The notes beneath the pieces were generated by a model. That model saw nothing but the letters and a program-made list of their open reading frames with translations. It had not been told where the DNA came from and searched no databases. From NCBI GenBank assembly GCA_965112155.1, contig OZ218105.1: a stretch of 64,000 bases of DNA. One strand, 5' to 3'. The first letter of the stretch is position 1; every line of letters begins with the position of its first letter. Shown in pieces: positions 61,131 to 64,000 of this stretch. The DNA comes from Podarcis liolepis (lineage: Eukaryota). The position numbers were made by a program, and so were the translations under genes.

Positions 61131-63857
61131 ATTTTGTTTTGGAGAAGTCACTCCACTCCCACAATTACTGTTATATAAAACTTTTAGATGCAGGGTTGAA
61201 TCTATTGTTTACTCTTAATTGCACACTGCTTTGATATCTCCTGGCTGTGACACAATTTATTAATCTATGAAACCAATAACAAGTATAACCTTTCTAGTGC
61301 AAGTACAGTAAGCCCATAGTTTATGTGCATTCAGTTTTACACGTGTGGCCAAAAAGAAAGTGAGGGGAAGCAGGGTTCCAGGAAAAATGACTTTTGCAAT
61401 CCCATCCGCCATTGAAACCAATGTATTTTGACTACACATGGTTTTGGCTTTAGGCATGATCCTCCGAACGTAACCCCTTTGTAACTCCTGCAAGGGCAAG
61501 AGTCATGTCTGAAACTGTCGTGATAACGGCTTAACCCTTGCTTCTTCATGTGCTTAGTTGGTGCCTTCTGCCAACTAAACTGTTAATGCATGAGTAAAGA
61601 AGCCACTCATTTGGTCACACAGCTCACTTGTATACTGCAAGTATACACTGAAACTGACAGAAAGCATGAATCCTGTAGACTAGACCAAATGGATTTTTGA
61701 ACATTTCGCTTTGAAATGCATTTAAGCAGAGTGTCCGTAGTGGGAAAGACCTAAACTAAACTAAACTAAACTAAACCCCAACACAGAACCCCAAGCCAGC
61801 TGCTCAATGTCTCTAAATTGCCAAGAACTTTGCAGAAAGGAAAATATGTTTTTGGTATTCCCCTGTTCAAAATTTAATGAGCTTTTACCCATGAACTCAG
61901 ACTCAGAGTATGATAAATTGCACTATAGCTGAATATATCTATATATTAAGGTAAATATATATATATATTTTAAAAATTATATGCTAATGTACTTCAGCAG
62001 TCAGTACAACTCATAGCTATCAGGATAAACGAGGCTTAGCATCACCCATAACCTCACTCTCCAGGCAATATAATTCACAACAATAAAAACATGGAAATTC
62101 AGCTCAATTCTCAAGTCCCTTAAGTTGTTCATGGAACTTGAAGGCCCAGGAATCCAAAACTAGAACTTATTAATATGCCTTCAAGTATTTAAGTTCTAGA
62201 AGAAAATGGTGTCTATGATCCATAAGATAGAGGTTGTCAAAGTCATGTCTTAATTTGTAATCAGAAGGAAAATTGGCATGGCTTTTTTCAGAAAGAATTA
62301 CGGTACACTAGCTGCCCAAAAATTTCATAGATTTTAATTTCCATCCCATCCTATCCCTAGGGCTTGGAGCAGGTATATCATGAAATCAAAAACATAAAAA
62401 ATATGCCAGAACTTCATAAAATTAAAGTTGTAATCTTCAACTCAAAGCTCACCCCAATTAACCCTGTAGGACTTCTAAAGAGAGGGTTGTGTCTGGGTAA
62501 ATCACAAAGAGGAATTTCTGTAAGTGTACAGTCAATGAGAATGAGCTTGCTGGCCTAATATGGTGTCTAGACAAAATATTTTAGAGGGGTGTTTTTTTTT
62601 GACAGATTGAGGCAATTACAATGAAACATCTGAGAGGAAGCCATTTGAGGCTGAAGCAATTTTAAGACTTTATAAAAGTTGAAACCATCTTCAGTTGAAG
62701 GTAGAAGACACGGGGAAGCTTAACTGGGATAGTGCAGCCCACTGACTAATTCCTTCCTCCGCTACGGTCATTTATTACTTCAAGTCTTATGGCATATTGA
62801 AATTTATGAGTAGCTACACAAAGGTTTAAATCAGAACTAAATGGAAGGGCCACAGCTCTTCGGCTAGTAAAGCTTACAAAATCACTTCACATCTCCACAA
62901 AGTTTTAGGTGAATGAATCCAGCAGTACCCAAACATGCACTTCTGAGCAACTTGAAAAGACAAAAACAGTCTCTTCCCTCCAATCCCCTGGCAAAATCCC
63001 TTTATTTTCTCTTGTGTAAGTAAATAGTCTAGATGGATTTCTGGAAAAGAGGCTTGGAAAAAGGGGTAAAAGCTGGGAAACTTTATTACATAACACATTT
63101 TGGCTAATGGTTATGAAAATGATGGCTTCCAAGCTGAATTGAGTTCTTGACCTTCTAATTTTTTTAAAAAAATGTGATTTTTGTAAATTCCATGCAACAC
63201 TGTCCATAGTTTTAGCTCAGCTGAAAAAAATAAAAAATGAAAGCAGTATATAACAAAAAAGTTGAAATTAACACAAAAGTAAAATTTGTAAATGATACTG
63301 GTACCAACTAAGAAAAGGAATTGCACTGTTAATCTTTTGACAGTCTTTATGCTTACAGGCATTTCAAGTTGGACACCCACGAATGTACTCTAGTAGTCAG
63401 TGGCCTCAATCATATTTAACAATAAAGCATGATCAGAAACAAACAATGGCTTAGCTCAAACGAGCAGCTTGTGCGTGCGTGCTGCTCTGTTATGCCTGCT
63501 TTGTTTGTTCCTTCCTTTCTAGAGCTGGAAAACAAACCATTGGAGCAGCTGCCTTAGTGTCATATGCAAATCAGCGCTCATGGTTTGTTTCTCCCAATCA
63601 AATCATGAGTGGTAAGCCAGGAAAAAACCTTTGCATCCACTTGCGGTTTGTCCAGAAAGAAAGAAACCACAAGCACAGATTCACACATAATGCTAAGCCA
63701 GTGTGCACCAGCTTGTTCAAGGTAAACCATAGTTTTGGACTATGGTTTGTCAATACATGTGAACCAGGCCAAAGTATCTGTTGAACTGACATGAATGTAG
63801 ATTTGCTATATTTGCATCTCAGAGGTACACACTTTGTTTGGCATTAACAACAGATTT

Positions 63858-64000
63858 TTGTTGTTGTTTAGTCCTTTAGTCATGTCCGACTCTTCGTGAC
63901 CCCATGGACCAGAGCACGCCAGGCACTCCTGTCTTCCACTGCCTCCCGCAGTTTGGTCAACCTCACACTGGTAGCTTCGAGAACACTATCCAACCATCTC
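63858..64000 (-). mobile_element. BovB/RTE LINE 3' end, running off the window
   Basis: (CAA)n tail and GTCATGTCCGACTCTTCGTGACCCCATGGAC...CACGCCAGGC, the BovB terminus. Confidence 0.88.

Overview
Vertebrate genomic DNA, most likely from a squamate reptile and probably a lacertid lizard, judged from Sauria SINEs, BovB, CR1, L2, L1, Penelope, and hAT and Tc1/mariner MITEs. Two convergent genes are present. SRA1 (+) is complete: 5 coding exons at 1029-6480, 241 aa, with a CpG-island promoter. ANKHD1/MASK1 (-) is represented by its 3' two-thirds: 20 coding exons at 58540-13939, equivalent to human exons 15-34, about 1810 aa, with all splice phases consistent. EIF4EBP3, which lies between these genes in mammals and is fused to ANKHD1 by read-through splicing, could not be recognised here. 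That interval instead holds a Penelope remnant with an intact minimal hammerhead ribozyme on the ANKHD1 strand, enclosed by a perfect 51-bp inverted repeat, and a possible vestige of the MASK-BP3 bridging exon. Other candidates are a poison exon in ANKHD1, inverted MITEs in circRNA geometry around two exons, a tandem alternative acceptor, and a short frameshifting SRA1 intron 1. All homology calls were made by eye and from memory, not by database search.
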